Below are positions 1-14,040 of a DNA stretch of 64,000 nt, piece by piece (position 1 is the first letter of the stretch; each line of letters starts with the position of its first letter). The notes beneath the pieces were generated by a model. The model saw only the letters and a list, made by a program, of their open reading frames with translations, did no database searches and was not told the origin of the DNA. The translations under genes and the position numbers were made by a program. The stretch is from NCBI GenBank assembly GCA_951406725.2, contig OX597825.1, forward strand, positions 83,762,001 to 83,826,000, read 5' to 3'. The DNA is from Octopus vulgaris (lineage: Eukaryota).

Positions 1-336
1 GCGCTGCTCAGGTTTGTTTCGACCCTTTAGAATTAGAACGTTTGAAAAATAAAAATTTTGCATTATGTAGCTTGTTATTCTCTTTAAGGGAACATTTTTC
101 AGGTTGAAACACACCGAAAAATGGCGACACAGCAGTCAAAAAATCGTAAAAAATAGGGCTTTTCATAGAAAAAAAAGTACCATTTCGATGTAAATAATTT
201 TTGGTGTTAACATGGCCTTCTTCTATCATACTCTCAATTTTGGCCAATTTGCGCCGCAGGGTCTCCGAGGAGATAGTGTTAGTTGAAGGCTACCAAACCT
301 ACCATACACAGACGACTTCAGCTTTATATATAGAGA
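1..336 (-). mobile_element. Non-autonomous Helitron-like element, 3' end cut by window start
   Basis: Minus strand starts TCTCTATATATAAAGCTGAAG (5'-TC Helitron-type terminus at 336); bases 1-12 look like part of the subterminal GC hairpin; no coding capacity. Confidence 0.6.
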
Positions 337-837
337 CTTGTGCATTTGAAATTGTTATAACTGCTTATGAAGAAGGGCTATTTTTAACCGTCTAAAACGC
401 ATAAAGTTATTTTATTCTTTTTCCACCAGCTGCAATGTATGTGGCATAATCGATTGTGCGTTTTCTAGAGCCGATGCCATACAAAATTTAATGCAGTGAC
501 ATGAACTACGATATTTTGAAAAACTTTTGCTCTTGATGCGGTTTAAATGTGTTTAAAGGACTTACGGTAGGTGGAGAGTGCCTCTATTTGTTCACTTAAG
601 AGGCTAGAAATAGCAATTAAATCTACCTCAAGACTGCGTTCACAACTGAAGGAAATATTGCGTAATGTAGTCGTGGGTATGTTGGCTCTTCAAAACGAAA
701 AGATAAAAATTAGACGGTATGATAGTGGCTGCGGGTCGTCCTTTGATGAAACGTCTTCACGCTTTAGGGCCAACCAGATGTTAAACTGCATTGATCATAA
801 TATTTCTTTGTATTATAGACACATAGCTTGAAATAGT

Positions 838-1253
838 GGAGGACGGGGTTAGTCAATGACATTGACTCAGTACTCGACTGGTTCTTATTTCAGTGACTCT
901 GAATTGGGGTAAGACAAAAATCGACTTCGACATCATTTGAATCAGGAAGCAAAAACCGGAGACTATACCGCTAAGCAAAAAACCGGAGGCTATAACGCTA
1001 AGCAATTCTGCCGGTTCGCCACCTTAAAATTAACAATAACATGGATTTCAAATTCTGGCACAAGACTAGCAGTTCCGGTTGGAGAGAGTAAGTTGATTAA
1101 CATCGACCTCAGTGACTAACCGGTACTTATTTTATCGATCCTGAAAGAATGTAAGGCAAAGTCGACCCCGATAGAATTTGAACTTAGAACATAAAAACGG
1201 ACGAAATGCCACAAAACATTTTGCCTAGCATCGTAACGATTCTGCCAGCTCGC
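838..1253 (-). mobile_element. Two decayed Nin-domain-like SINE copies
   Basis: Reverse complements of the window's main SINE (ggcaaagtcgac, aatttgaac, ctgccagctcgc); first copy carries a ~27-bp tandem duplication at ~948-1003. Confidence 0.7.
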
Positions 1254-1766
1254 ATTCTTATAAATTGACAATAACATTGACAAACATCGACATCTGAAGC
1301 TGATTATGCACGAAGGTTCGTTGAGATTGAAATAACATGAAATCGGATATATGGCTATGGTGGTACCCGAGTTTGAACCAGGAACCACTAGTATATTTGT
1401 CAGGCACGACACTCTTCTTATTAATTCACCAAAGTTATGACCTCGCAAAAACAAATAAGTATAATGTATTGATCTCGAACACAAAATCTAATATCCCTCA
1501 CGCTTCTTAGACAAATAATATCTCAAAGACATATTTCGACTCAGTGTAACTTTTGACCTTTCCTGTTAAACGAATAATCTGGATCTAGCTCCGGTTTCGT
1601 CTCGTCGTCTTGGATTTCTTCAAATGAAAATCAATATGCTATATTTGATAAGCTGTTTGTCTCTCTCCCAACGGAAAGAAATCATATCTTTATCTATTTG
1701 GATTTTGCCTGCCGCCGCTGCATCGGCATGGAGTTTTGATCCCTTGATCAACATTGTATACACGTG

Positions 1767-1829
<63 letters not shown>

Positions 1830-2436
1830 ATAACTCAGTGAATAAATTCATGTGTGCACGTATATATATATATATATATAGATATACATACATACATACA
1901 CACAAGTATGCATGTATGTATGTGCATGTGTGTGTATGATTGCGTGTTATGGATCCATAGAACGCTGTGTGATTACTTTGGTGTGCGTCGTTGCTTGCAT
2001 TCAATGTGACGCTTGTTTTTGACCCTCACCCCACCCCCACCCCCAATGAATATTCCAACATTACACAAACATTGACAACCAGACCAATATTCTTTTAGCT
2101 ATTCCTAGCTTCCAAATCCCCCCGGTCCACGTCCACTGCCACCACCTCGTTTTCCTCCTTCTCCTCCTCCTCGCATTTGCAATTTCTCCGACGAAGACCT
2201 GCGACTACAGCAAACTTGTTAACGCAGAGTAAGCATCTATTTTAATAAACTTCAATTAGAACTGATTCTAACTTCAAACTGCAGAACCGATACGTAATGC
2301 ATTGATGTCTGGCCTACTTGTACACACACAAACGGTACGTTTGTGCATATATGTATATATGTATATGTATATATTTATATGTATGTATTATGTATGTATG
2401 TATGTATCTATTTATCTATCTACTTATCTATCTATG

Positions 2437-2601
<165 letters not shown>

Positions 2602-2914
2602 GTAAAAGTTCAGGATTCTTGAGAATCAGGTAATTAAATAGTAAAGCACAAAGTTCGGATCAAAACGTAGCTATCGTGTACAAAATAAAATTATAGGAAC
2701 ATATATGTGTGTACTGGTGTACAGACGGATTAATATTCCAGTTTCATTTAGGATCACAAGCGCCTAACTGGATATACCACGTGTCTCAAGGCTGTACTTA
2801 GGTACAAACATTGCACCAATTGTACTGCACTTAATAATTTCCAGCTCCACACTAATTGCTGGTTCCGATTAAAGTGAAAATCAAGCAGATAACAATGGAT
2901 GATAGCAGTTCATA

Positions 2915-3004
2915 CACTACAGCTGTTTCAAACGAGTTTTGTTTTTCTATTTTGATTAATAGAGTCATTACATCATGCGAAAATAAAAACACTTTCGTCA
3001 GGTG
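2915..3004 (-). ncRNA. Minimal type-I hammerhead ribozyme motif, intact core
   Basis: Minus strand: cac CTGACGA aagtgttttt...aaaactcgttt GAAA CAGCTG TA gtg; stem I cac/gtg; palindromic stem III ACAGCTGT; GUA triplet. Confidence 0.7.
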
Positions 3005-3240
3005 ATTACACATGAATTTTCTGGCTAACGTCGGTTAAAGAGTAAGAATTCATTGGCTGAAGCTAGCCAGGGAATCTTGAAGTGCCACATAATGTTGTTT
3101 CTTGGAATGTTTCTTTTTAAATGTTTAATTTGTGAATACTCGCCTGATCAACAAGAAAAGCTCAGCTACTGTCAATTGTTTATATATATATATACACATA
3201 TATATATATAGATAGATAGATAGAGAGAGAGAGAGGGGGG

Positions 3241-3549
3241 GGTTATGAGAGGTAATGTTGTCAATAGGACCCAAAGGTTTCAGGTAATGCTGTGTAAGTG
3301 CTATGGACAGACTGTAGTTAAGCTCCAGGTTCGGTGATTATGTGAATGAGGAGTCCAACGTAGGTCATATATTAGTAGGTGTATATATAAAAAAAGTTTC
3401 AGAATCTAAAATAACTATTGCTTAACCATTTTCTCACACCGTCTCAGATGAAGGGATATATAAAATATCCTGGAAACAGCTGTAAGGCCTTCTATTTATA
3501 AATGTTATAAAAGCTTTCACAGGCTTGGATTTTTTATCGCATTCTGAAA

Positions 3550-3550
<1 letters not shown>
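3241..3550 (+). mobile_element. Short HHR-bearing element between microsatellites (PLE pLTR/retrozyme-like)
   Basis: Bounded by (TA)/(GA)n and (TA)n; both ends recur in an internally deleted copy at 55814-55870; carries HHR motif at 3441-3488. Confidence 0.6.
3441..3488 (+). ncRNA. Minimal hammerhead motif with one core change (U4A)
   Basis: gtct CAGATGA a GGGATAT ataaa ATATCCT g GAAA CAGCTG TA aggc. Confidence 0.65.
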
Positions 3551-3615
<65 letters not shown>

Positions 3616-4559
3616 GTGTGTGTGTGCGTGTGTGTGTGTGTGTGCATAAGTGTGTGTGTATGTATATACATATATATATATATATATATACAATGTATCT
3701 ACAAACTTTTGTAAAAATGAATTGATACACCTCCAATAATTAGAAAAGGATTATTTCCTGGGAGAATCGGATACTTGAATAATAACCACCAGGTAGAGTT
3801 GCACTAACTTGTGGTCACCACGTATGGTTGACTAAATATCCAATAGAATGTTCAGGCTTTGCACACAGAGAAAAAACCAACCCCACGAGTATTTAGCACC
3901 TAGGGTTTGGTCCAAAGCACACGTATTGGTCATACGTAGATGGTACGTTGATCACCCGTGTCCGACGAGTCGCGTATTCTTATGGTGTTTTATGATTATA
4001 ATCAAATGAAAAAAAACAATCGATGAATAAATTTCGATTCATTAAAGCCGTTTCTTACGCATTTTTAATAGCAGAATGAGTAAATTACATCTTTGCAAAA
4101 AATCGTAATCAACAGATGAAACATATAATTTCAAAATAATATTCCAAGAACAAAATGAAGCCAGCTGAAGCTGACCATGGTCAGCTTAGATTCAAAATAC
4201 GTAAGAAATAGCCGTAATGAACAGTCCATTCTCTGTCGTCTGTTTTTATCCATTTGATTTTGTGTATACATGTATGTGTATGCGTGTGTGTGCGTATGTG
4301 TGTTTATGTATGTATACATATACCTGTATCTGTGTGTGCTTGTCCCTCACCAACGCTTGACAAAGTGTGATGTTTTCTTTACGCCTCCATAACAGAGTAA
4401 TTCGGCGAAAAAAAAAAGAGAGCCCCATAGACAATGTTCCGAGCTCCAAACATACGATCAGGGATTGATCTGTTCGTCTAAGACCCTTTCTAGTCGGGGC
4501 CCCAGTAAGGCTGTAGTTCAAAGACTGAAACAAGTAACGAGAAAATAGGAACGTTAACA

Positions 4560-4630
4560 ATTTAAATGGCGGTGCCCCAGCATGGCCACACCTCGTGAGC
4601 TGAAACTAGATAAAATAAAATAAAATAAAT
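4560..4630 (+). mobile_element. 3' tail of CR1-group LINE or related SINE with (TAAAA)n
   Basis: aaatggcggtgccccagcatggcc...gctgaaactaga(taaaa)n; same motif ends the CORE-like SINEs at 39452 and 58722. Confidence 0.55.
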
Positions 4631-5262
4631 TAAACGCACCACTTCATCTAATAAATAATACTTAGCTTTGTTGTTTCATTAGGATAGAATCTCAAGATAA
4701 CGCAATAGCTTCCGACATGATATGATGTATGCAGTGGCCACTTCATCGAATCATACTTTACCTTGGCATCTCTTTATTCATTAATGAAGAGAGCTATTGC
4801 AAGTCTAGAAAACGTAATGACCAGTTGGAATTATTATATTGTCTCGATCGGCTTTAGATCCTTTCGTGATCGTTATAAATTAATTAACTAGATGTTTGTT
4901 CTTTTATTAAAATTACATTTCTAGAAGGATCCAATTTATTTCGAATTAAAAACTTTTTAAATTGCATGCAGTTGGAATATGTGTGTGCGTATGTGTGTGT
5001 GTGTGTGTGTGAGCATGTCTGTCTCTATGTATGAGAGTGCATGTATATGTGTGTGTGTGTTCGTCTGTGTGTTCTTTCATTTGAAGAGGAGTAAAATTTT
5101 GGAATACGAGCTTTTCCAATTTTCTGCAATTTCAACGTGTGTGTGGGTGGGTGTTTAAAGAGACAAACAGACAGTTAGACAAGCAGATAAACAGACAGAC
5201 AAAGAGACACAGTCACACACACAAATAGACAGGTGGATGTGCATACACACACATATATATAT

Positions 5263-5320
<58 letters not shown>

Positions 5321-5896
5321 ATATACATATGCATATAGTTGTTAATATTAACGGCAGGATGCGAACTAACACACGGGACAAACACACTTACACTTAGGTG
5401 CACACGTACACACTCATACAAGCACACATAATTTTCTTGCCGGTGATCATGATCACAATGCAAAGCAACAAAGTTCTGACGCAAACCCAGGATCCCTACG
5501 TGTCAGTAGAGAGAAAAATGATCAGTCCCATTCATAGTTATAAAAAAAGGATCCCCAAAACGTAGAAGATCATATAAAGATTTAATATTGGATTCATTAT
5601 GGAATCGTGCTGTCTTGTGGACATCCTAAGATTTTCATTAAAAAAAGGAAGTCTCACAATTACTATTTGCATTTGTATCGCTCGTTATCGTGCAACAGAA
5701 GCATGCGCCGATATTTTATTTTCGCCATAAAATGAAATTAAAAATGGTTTCGTGTTCGCCGTGACTTTTAATTAAATACATCAGCAGTAAATTATTTAGC
5801 TGAAATTAACGAAGAGAATTATTTCAATTTCTGACTTTGAGTAAGAATGGTTGGATTCTAGTTTATTTTAATTTTATCAATTTACACAGACATATA

Positions 5897-5907
5897 TATC
5901 TATCTAT

Positions 5908-5974
<67 letters not shown>

Positions 5975-6178
5975 CATATATATATATATATATGTACATA
6001 TATATATATGTACATATATATACATATATACATATGTATATATGTACATATATATACATATATATACATATGTATATATGTACATATACATATACACATT
6101 AGCAAAATTTTATATATATATACATAAATACGTACACATATATATATATATATTTAAATATGTGTGTGTGTGTGTGTT
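5897..6178. repeat. Compound (CA)/(TA)/(TG) microsatellite
   Basis: Direct reading. Confidence 0.95.
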
Positions 6179-6637
6179 TGCGTCTCTGTGTGTGAGTGTT
6201 ATTTCATTATGCATTTTTTAGGATTTGTTGTTTCACAAGTTTTAGTAAAACTAATTAAATGCGTTCGGTAAACTTGTGAAGGAAAATTATTACTTTGTTA
6301 AAAATCTTTTTCACCTTTGATTTGATTTGGATTGTTTTAAATCAGTTTTAATGTAACTAAAGGTTAACATGTTTTCTATAACTTATAGCAAACCAAAAAA
6401 AAAAGGAGAAGACAACTCTGATACAATCTGAACGATCAGAGATTTTTGAAATCTTTAATGAAAGAGACTGAAATTAATTATATATTAATGAAATTATTAT
6501 TTAGTAACGAATTTATTATTAATAATTAAACAGTAATTAAATACGTTTATCCGCGTTAGACAACAGCATTTCTCATGTAACTCAATAGATTGTAGAGTAC
6601 TACATAACCTATTACTGTTGTTGCTGTTGATATTATT

Positions 6638-7193
6638 GAGTGAGTGAGCAGTGCATGCCATCAAAGTGACACTGGGGTAAAATATACGAAGCCCAGTATA
6701 CCCATCATGACTACCTGTCTGATAAGGGTACACAAGGTACATGCACTACAACTATATGTGTGCGATATTGTGATCCCATATCAAGATAAACTGCACATGA
6801 CCTTGCAGGTGGGGCCCAGTTAGAATTTCTTCTGGTCGAGTAACCCATCCCGCTCAAAAGGTCCCTGAATAAGGATTGTTTAAGGATGTTGAGCGAACCA
6901 CCCATGTTTCCAAAGGTGAATTATCCAAACCCCAAAGAATTCCTTTCAACACGCGGCTATGATGCTCCCCCACTACCTCTGCTCATGATCAGAGATGCAC
7001 ATATCGTCAGCCACTAAGGGACATGCTCAGCTGGTTAAGTTCAAACAACTGACAAGCACATCTGTGACGTTGAGCAGAATATTTGCTGTAGCCCATCTTT
7101 TATAGCAAGACAAAGAACAATGTACATGATAAAACTTCCAATCAGTTAAGATCAGAAGCCATGAGAGCCACCGCCTGGTACTGCATTAGGGCA

Positions 7194-7195
<2 letters not shown>
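6638..7195. mobile_element. Unclassified ~560-bp interspersed repeat embedded in (ATT)n
   Basis: GC-richer block with sharp edges flanked by tattatt and (ATT)n; resembles a repeat I recall from octopus DNA, but only one copy is in the window. Confidence 0.45.
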
Positions 7196-7268
<73 letters not shown>

Positions 7269-7283
7269 CATCATTATTATTAT
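7196..7283. repeat. (ATT)n microsatellite
   Basis: Direct reading. Confidence 0.97.
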
Positions 7284-7319
7284 TAGACAGTATGAAGAGC
7301 ACGATGTAATTGCAATAGA

Positions 7320-7700
7320 TATTTTATTGGTCGAACGATATCTCGACAGCAAGCCCGTTTTTGTTGAGTTCAAAATAAAGTGGGATAAAAATTCAAAATT
7401 ATAGAAATTCAAATCCAAAATATGAACGAGAGCATCCAGCGTCCACACTTTGATTGAATGACATCACCAATCTTTAAGTTTCACTTTTGTATCAATCTTA
7501 CTAATCCCACTGATGGACCATTTTATTGATGTTAATGCTGTTGGTGAGAACATTTATTTCTAAGATACTGATGGCATTATTTCTGTATTTCGCATTAAGT
7601 TCGCTCTTTCGGATAGTTGTAACTCTACGATAATATTTTAAATTTTTTTCGCGATCATATTATTTGATGTTGGTAGATTTGCCTGTCTATATGTTGTTCG
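7320..7700 (-). pseudogene. Decayed R4/Dong-clade LINE RT C-terminal fragment
   Basis: Minus-strand pieces YYRRVTTIRKSELNAKYRNNAISIL and KWSISGISKIDTK resemble the KSxLNAxNxIxAIN...WT..EL..LD.K segment of R4/Dong RTs; frameshifted. Confidence 0.55.
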
Positions 7701-8018
7701 TTTCAGGGGTTTTCTCTCGAAGAATGTGACTTTAAAACATTCAGCAAAGCCGAAATCCACTTCAACATTGACTGAACTGCTTTATCACAGTTTAAATTTG
7801 TTCCAGTTGTTGATCATCTATTGGCAACAGCTTTATCTCATCCTAATTGTTATTATCGTCGTTGCTGCTAATGCTGTTGTTGTTGTTGTTGTTGTTGTTA
7901 TTGTTGTTGGAATTTACGGCATTTCTTCCGGTTTTACATTCCGAGTTCAAATTTTGCCGAGGTCGTGTTTGGCTTTCATCATTTCGGGATCGCTGAAACA
8001 TGTACCAATGGAGCACCG

Positions 8019-8021
<3 letters not shown>

Positions 8022-8092
<71 letters not shown>

Positions 8093-8104
8093 CTCGCTCT
8101 CTCT
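8022..8104. repeat. (CT)n microsatellite ending a decayed Nin-like SINE (~7900-8015)
   Basis: Direct reading; upstream gagttcaaattttgccgaggtcg. Confidence 0.9.
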
Positions 8105-8459
8105 CCCCTCATAAACGCATGACCTTGCGGCAAACTTAGAAAGAATCATTGTTATTATTTAGGAACCGATAACGACACTTAGCAATGGTGAAAAATTCTC
8201 TTCGTAGTCCTTAGTTACGTCCTTTTGTATTTTGGATTTATATCCTGTCGGAGTCGGCTATGATAAAGCAGTACCAGGGAAGCACTGAAATCATCTGCAT
8301 TGATATATCCTTCCTTGAGTAATTCCAGCCAAGTACTTGGAATACTTAGATCTTACGTGACTATATTTTTAATAATATTAAATACTCGTCAATAAAGACA
8401 AGATTTTTCTGCAGCAATTACTATACAATAACACTGCGATGTAATTTCAAGTTGAGAAA

Positions 8460-8760
8460 TGCGGATGGAATTCTGTTTTCGTGATCACTAGGATGCCCGG
8501 AAATGAGCGGGTCGATGGCTTATGTCGATTGCATCGTCTGGAATTGGCGCTAACCTCTTGTTCTTTCACTCTATTTTGGTAGGTTTTAGTTGATTTTTTT
8601 TTTTGTATCTTCTTTCTATTTGTAGCTAAATATCGATCTTGTACAGCTAAAATCTGACATTCCATTTCTACCCTAAGGTTAGAAACGTTGCATTATTGTT
8701 GCTGTTCGTATTGGCTCACTTCCTCTCTGTCCAGTTTGCAAGATTCTGATCGTGGGGAGG
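8460..8760 (-). pseudogene. Decayed R4/Dong LINE fragment before the zinc knuckle
   Basis: LRVEMECQILAVQDRYLATN resembles the ExxIxAxQDQxLxT motif. Confidence 0.5.
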
Positions 8761-9908
8761 ATTTTTCCTTTCCTATTTTCAGATTCCAGTACGATTATAT
8801 TTATTTATTCATTTAGTTTTTCTTACATCATCGCTTTTCCTTCGACGAAAAAAGCAGCTCTTAGCGGCGAATTTGCAGTCATGTTTTTGTACGTTTTTTA
8901 TTTGTTATTTTTATACGATTTGTTTCAAACATGGCTTGAGGTCATCGGAGCATCAGAGATTACAAAGAAGGAAAAGCAGGAGTGGCCTACAAATTTAAAA
9001 GGTGTCCATTGACAGAACGCCTAAAGACAGAATATCAAAGACTAGAGGAAAACAAGACGATAGTAGTGAGTTCCAGAGAGCAGCAGTTCGTTAGACTATC
9101 CAGTAGAACACTTAGATATATTTGCTCCGACTCTCTGTTCTCTGAATCCAAATCTAGCCAAGATCAAATTTACCTTTAGTTGGGGTGGAGGTAGATAAAT
9201 AAAAGACCGCTCTAGAACAGCGATTTTGTCAGAAATATATATAGAGCATCTAACGAGTTCTTTTGAGGTATATGCCAAGGATCATTGAGTGCTGACGGTG
9301 TTGACTCCTATGACACAGACGCCAAGCTTTATCGGCCAGTTTTGCCTTTCTCTTGAGCATCATCGGTGGCATTGAGTGGGGAGTTTTGCATGCCATTTAA
9401 CTGCCGGCCTCCCCTCAGAAAACATAGAGACCTGTACTTTGGAAGAAAACTTTCTATGTATAGATCCATATCATGGAACATCCGAAGGCTCCAGTAGTGG
9501 TTTCTAATTTGTACTTTATCGGAGTTTTCTCAGTAGTTGGGTCTAGAAGAAATTAATGCACGCATGGCACCTGCAGCCCTCTAAAACCGGAGATATAGAT
9601 TTCCTTAACGTCCATGTTCAAGTGCTACAAATTGTCAATTTTAAGAGAGACAGGATGTGGACAAGAAATAATTTCCTGCGAGATGAAGTTCTGAGCAGAA
9701 GAGTTCGGAAAAATAGTTCGATGTCTGTTGATGCAATAATTATTTGTGAAGAATATCCGTGAGAAACGTTAGAGGAGGTTCTTACCTGAGCTTTCATGTG
9801 ATTAGGTAGCTTATTAGCTGGTTCTACTGTAATGTGAATAGAAGAAGCCGGTTAAGTGGACAGAATGTCCATCAGTGCGACGCTTGCAGAGGTGGTATTC
9901 ACGAATGA

Positions 9909-10190
9909 CTTCATCATCATCATTGTTCAACCGTGGTCGAGACAATGGAATTTACCATGCTACGCCAGGCTTCACGGTCCATCATAGCATTACGGAGGTC
10001 CTGTTGCTGGATGCCTGTATCCCTGGAGATTACATCAGGGTAGGAGAGTGTGCGCCCTCTGGTATCGCCAGCAGATGGCTTCCAGGGAAGAAGAGTAGAA
10101 ATTACCTCTTTTTCAGCTCTACAACAATGTCCAGCAAACTGGACTTTTCGACCTTTCACAAGAGATGATACATGTGGTAGTTTCTCATAT
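9909..10190 (-). mobile_element. 5'-truncated RTE-clade LINE 3' end with (TGA)n tail
   Basis: ORF 9920-10159 ...QFAGHCCRA...RGRTLSYPDVISRDTG...AMMDREAWR...* is a typical RTE C-terminus, followed by tgatgatga. Confidence 0.85.
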
Positions 10191-11477
10191 ATTTGTACTT
10201 TGGTTGTACTTCATAACTATCACTCAACCCCAGCATTCCAATATATAGCAGTGGAAAGTCGCTTCCTTTTATGTTATTTTACTTTACCCATCAATCTTTG
10301 TGGCTAAGAATCCCTTTTAGTTCTACAGTGGTTACTTTCAAATAGCCTTCAATTTGTTTCGAGTGTTGTTCTTAGTTGACTTTGCGGCAAACACAGCTTT
10401 AAGATGCTGTCTTCTGCCTGCAATAAGATATGTTCTACATCGCCTAACAAACCTTTTCACTTCACTGCATCACCGATTAATTACAATGAAGCTGTGTCAT
10501 GATGGGTGATGTATTTACAATAGTTATACCTACAACCGTTTTTTTTTTTCTGTATTTCCATTTATCATTAATTTGAATAGCCTGATGTATTTGTAATATT
10601 GTTGCCGAATCCGCTATAATTTTTTTCTTTTATATTTTTGCCTGATTTATCTTATCCATTTCATTTCTCTCACAATGCATCTTTCTGTTATAATTCTCCA
10701 ACTCCAGTGTCTAAAACTAACTTAATTTCATCAGTTTTAATTAAATTACTTATTATTAGATGAGTTGTTGCATATTTATGTAATTCCAAACAAATTTTGA
10801 TTTCACAACTGAATTCAACTCGTGTTTCGTTAACCTCTCCTTCGTGGAAGTTTCTTTGTAAATTATTCAAATTCAACAGAGAGAAGTGTGAGCATAAAAT
10901 ATGTAGCCATAGAGTAGCAGTTGCTAATGTTTTTTGTTTACCCTGGGGTCAGCTTTGATCAAACTGATTTATGATGAAATGCATTCCAACCATGACTATA
11001 CGATGTTTCAGTTATATGCACTATACGCCCAAAGTAGTCCTTTATTCACATAATGTATACATGATTACTTTAACAAATCTATCCTTCCAGTCTAAATCTA
11101 CTCCGTCGATTCGTGGAGGTCTGTTCGTTGTTATTAGCTGATCACAAGAGTGAGGACAAAGTTAGATATTCTCCTGAAGAATTTCTCTTTTAGGAAATAA
11201 AGATGGTTTTTATGAACTCATGGTAGATTATTCCCTGCCACACTTATGTTCTTGTTTCTCATTGTGATGCCTTTCAAAATTGTTTAGTTTACACCAAACA
11301 ATGCATCGATTGCATGGAGACAGTACTTCCATCTATTATTAAAAAGATATCTTCTTATTCAAATTAATCTTAATCTTGAATATGTCGTCAAATGTGATGA
11401 AATATTTCCTAGTCCTAATCGCTGAACCAAAAGAATGGCATTCGAAAATGCCTTTCGAAAAAGCACAAATGCAACGA

Positions 11478-11880
11478 TTTTATGGGGAGGGAAATTCAAT
11501 TGCATCAACTCTAACACTTGACTGTTACTTTATTTTATCGACCCCGGTCGAATTAAAGACAAAATTGGCTTCAGAAGAATCTGAACTCAGAACGAAAACA
11601 CCAGAAAAAAATTCCGCCAAGCATTTTGCGCGACGCGGTAACAACTATGCCAGTTCACCGTCTCGATCCCAAATAAAGGTTTCCAGTTTTATCATATGAC
11701 CAGAAAAAGACTAAATTGATTACATCAACCCCAGTACTTGACCGGTACTTATTTTATTGACCCCCACCCCGGTAAAGATAGAAGGCAAAGTCGACCTCCT
11801 CGAAATTTTACTCAGAATGATAATTATAAGGTGGAACAAATGCCGCTCAACGTCTTGTCCAGCGTGCAAGCGGTTCAACC
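11478..11880 (-). mobile_element. Two decayed Nin-like SINE copies
   Basis: tacttattttatcgaccc, tgaactcagaacg and aggcaaagtcgacctc motifs. Confidence 0.7.
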
Positions 11881-12569
11881 AAGAAAGGTCTTAATATCAT
11901 TCAAAAATAATAATGACCTATACAGAAAATATACACAGCTACAAAAGGACAAGAATATTGACCTGGCAAGTATTTAGAATAATGTTTTTAAAATAATTTG
12001 CCAATCAATGGTAGCACAAGAAAGATGTACCAATCACGGTTATATCGTAGGAATAAGTGAAGCATTTGAAGGAGGAAACACACTACATTATAAAGTCAGC
12101 AGTGAACATAAAACGGATGAAACGCTTTTGGCTTGGAAATAACAGGTAGGAGAAAGCACGACGTTATAGTTTCCGAGAAGTGCTCACACTGTACTGCTGA
12201 AAAAACAAAACAAGATCATAACACAAGTAAATGTATTTTCTTAATAACAGTAGTAACAGATATCCCGGTACACACTTCAAAAGATATTTTAAAAGGTCGG
12301 AATTAGATAACACAGGAATGTATGGACAGATACAGCAGTGACAGGATGCTAAGAATATAAGAGTTACCACAACAAGCAGCCACTCAACAGAACACAGGCG
12401 TTTACAAAGAGGGATTTATCGATGAAACAAGACCGACCAACAGATCGAATAATTCGAATAATAGATGCAAAATGAAATGTACTTGTCAGAATAACTAAAT
12501 TAGTAACCTAAATGATCTCGGGCATGAAACTTGAGTTGTGGCAAATCAGACGCATTATACATGCATACA

Positions 12570-12600
<31 letters not shown>

Positions 12601-13814
12601 GTATATCAGTGTCATATCGTCGTTGTTGTATTGGGTATGCCACACCCAAGGCCACCAAATGTTCAAGCAGGAACATAACAAAGGTTTTCTATTAAGATTT
12701 GTGATTAAATTAATAGGTAAGGTTAATATTTATCACGAATTTGCCATTTTCGATGGCAGCGCAGTCTTAGCACACGCGGAACATACGCCCTTGATGTGTG
12801 TGTGTGCGCGCATGCGTCCAATAGGTTATCATAGACTTTCTTTCTAACACAATTTATCCAAAAGGCCTTGTCTTACTCAAAGCTATAAGACGTAGAAAGT
12901 AACCATCATCTGAGAATGTTATATTATAACCAGAATCTCACCGATGCGAGTCTAACTCTTTAAACATTTGGCAACACTTCCATCCATATTTTCTAAATTC
13001 TGAACATGGTGCTTACAGAATGACTGTAACTCATTTCGAATTGCAGCTCATTTAATAATAGAAAAGAAAAAGAAGCAAAGACAGAACTCTATTTCCAGAA
13101 AGAAAAAAAGTCGTTTTATCTTTTTTGATTTTACTTTTGTAATTTTATTTTTCTCTTCATTAATTCAAGCTTTGCTGCAACATCGCTCTAATTATGCTGT
13201 AAAAAATATTTACCAGATAATCCATTGTAAGCGAAGAATAAGGCCAAAAATCACGCAGAAGTGAGAAAAAAATGATAGAAGATAAAGAGAGATAGGGAAA
13301 AGGAGAGAATGAAGTGTACAGAGAGATTAAGAAAAAACAATAAGGAACAGATTAAGAAAAAGACACAAAATGAGATCGGTTGAAAATATGAGTTAAAAAC
13401 AATGCGAGATGGAGAAGAGTTAATTCAAATATATGATGACTATCTCTACCATGCTAAAAAAGAAAAAAAGGTGGTCTATAGTTCACCACAATAAGCAAAG
13501 GTTTCATAGAAATTACTGAGGTTTTTCTTAAATACTACACCGTTTGCACCTACCAGTGACTGTTCAGCTTGTCACTCATTGCAGTAAAACTCACTGGAAA
13601 CAAAAGCCCGTGCTTGGTCATCCGACATACTGGAAATAGCAGCTAAATCCCTTTCTAATCGCACTCTGCTTTGTTATAAAAGACGTGTATATTGTTTTAT
13701 GCAGACTAAGAAACACAGTGGCTGGGGGAAAATACCCTAGATATGATTTAAATCTAACCTTTGTAGATTATATTCAACTCACGTAGCATGATGCGATAGT
13801 TATTAGCCTCAAGG

Positions 13815-14040
13815 GCGAAATGCTTAGCGGTATTTCGTCTGCCGTTACGTTCTGAGTTCAAATTCCGCCGAGGTCGACTTTGCCTTTCATCCTTTCGGGG
13901 TCAATTAAATAAGTACCAGTTACGCACTGGGGTCGATATAATCGACTTAATCCGTTTGTCTGTCCTTGTTTGTCCCCCTCTGTGTTTAGCTCCTTGTGGG
14001 TAGTAAAGTAATAGGTATTTCTTCTTCTTCTGGCGTTACG
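13815..14040 (+). mobile_element. 5'-truncated Nin-like SINE (tail type A) with 16-bp TSD
   Basis: B-box gagttcaaattcc; Nin-like core gcctttcatcctttcggggtc; gttattagNctcaagg at 13799, 14040 and 14059. Confidence 0.9.

Noticed and set aside
2100-2236. Possible non-coding exon ending at GA|GTAAGC
   Set aside because: A single donor-like site without acceptor, ORF or expression evidence.
2612-2675. TTGAGAA...gatcAAAACGTA hammerhead-like string
   Set aside because: No convincing stem I or II; G12 absent.
9540-9780. Possible ancient RTE fragment; similarly 18730-18910, and a Dong-like trace at 12000-12400
   Set aside because: Peptide resemblance too weak to call by eye; needs TBLASTN or HMM search.
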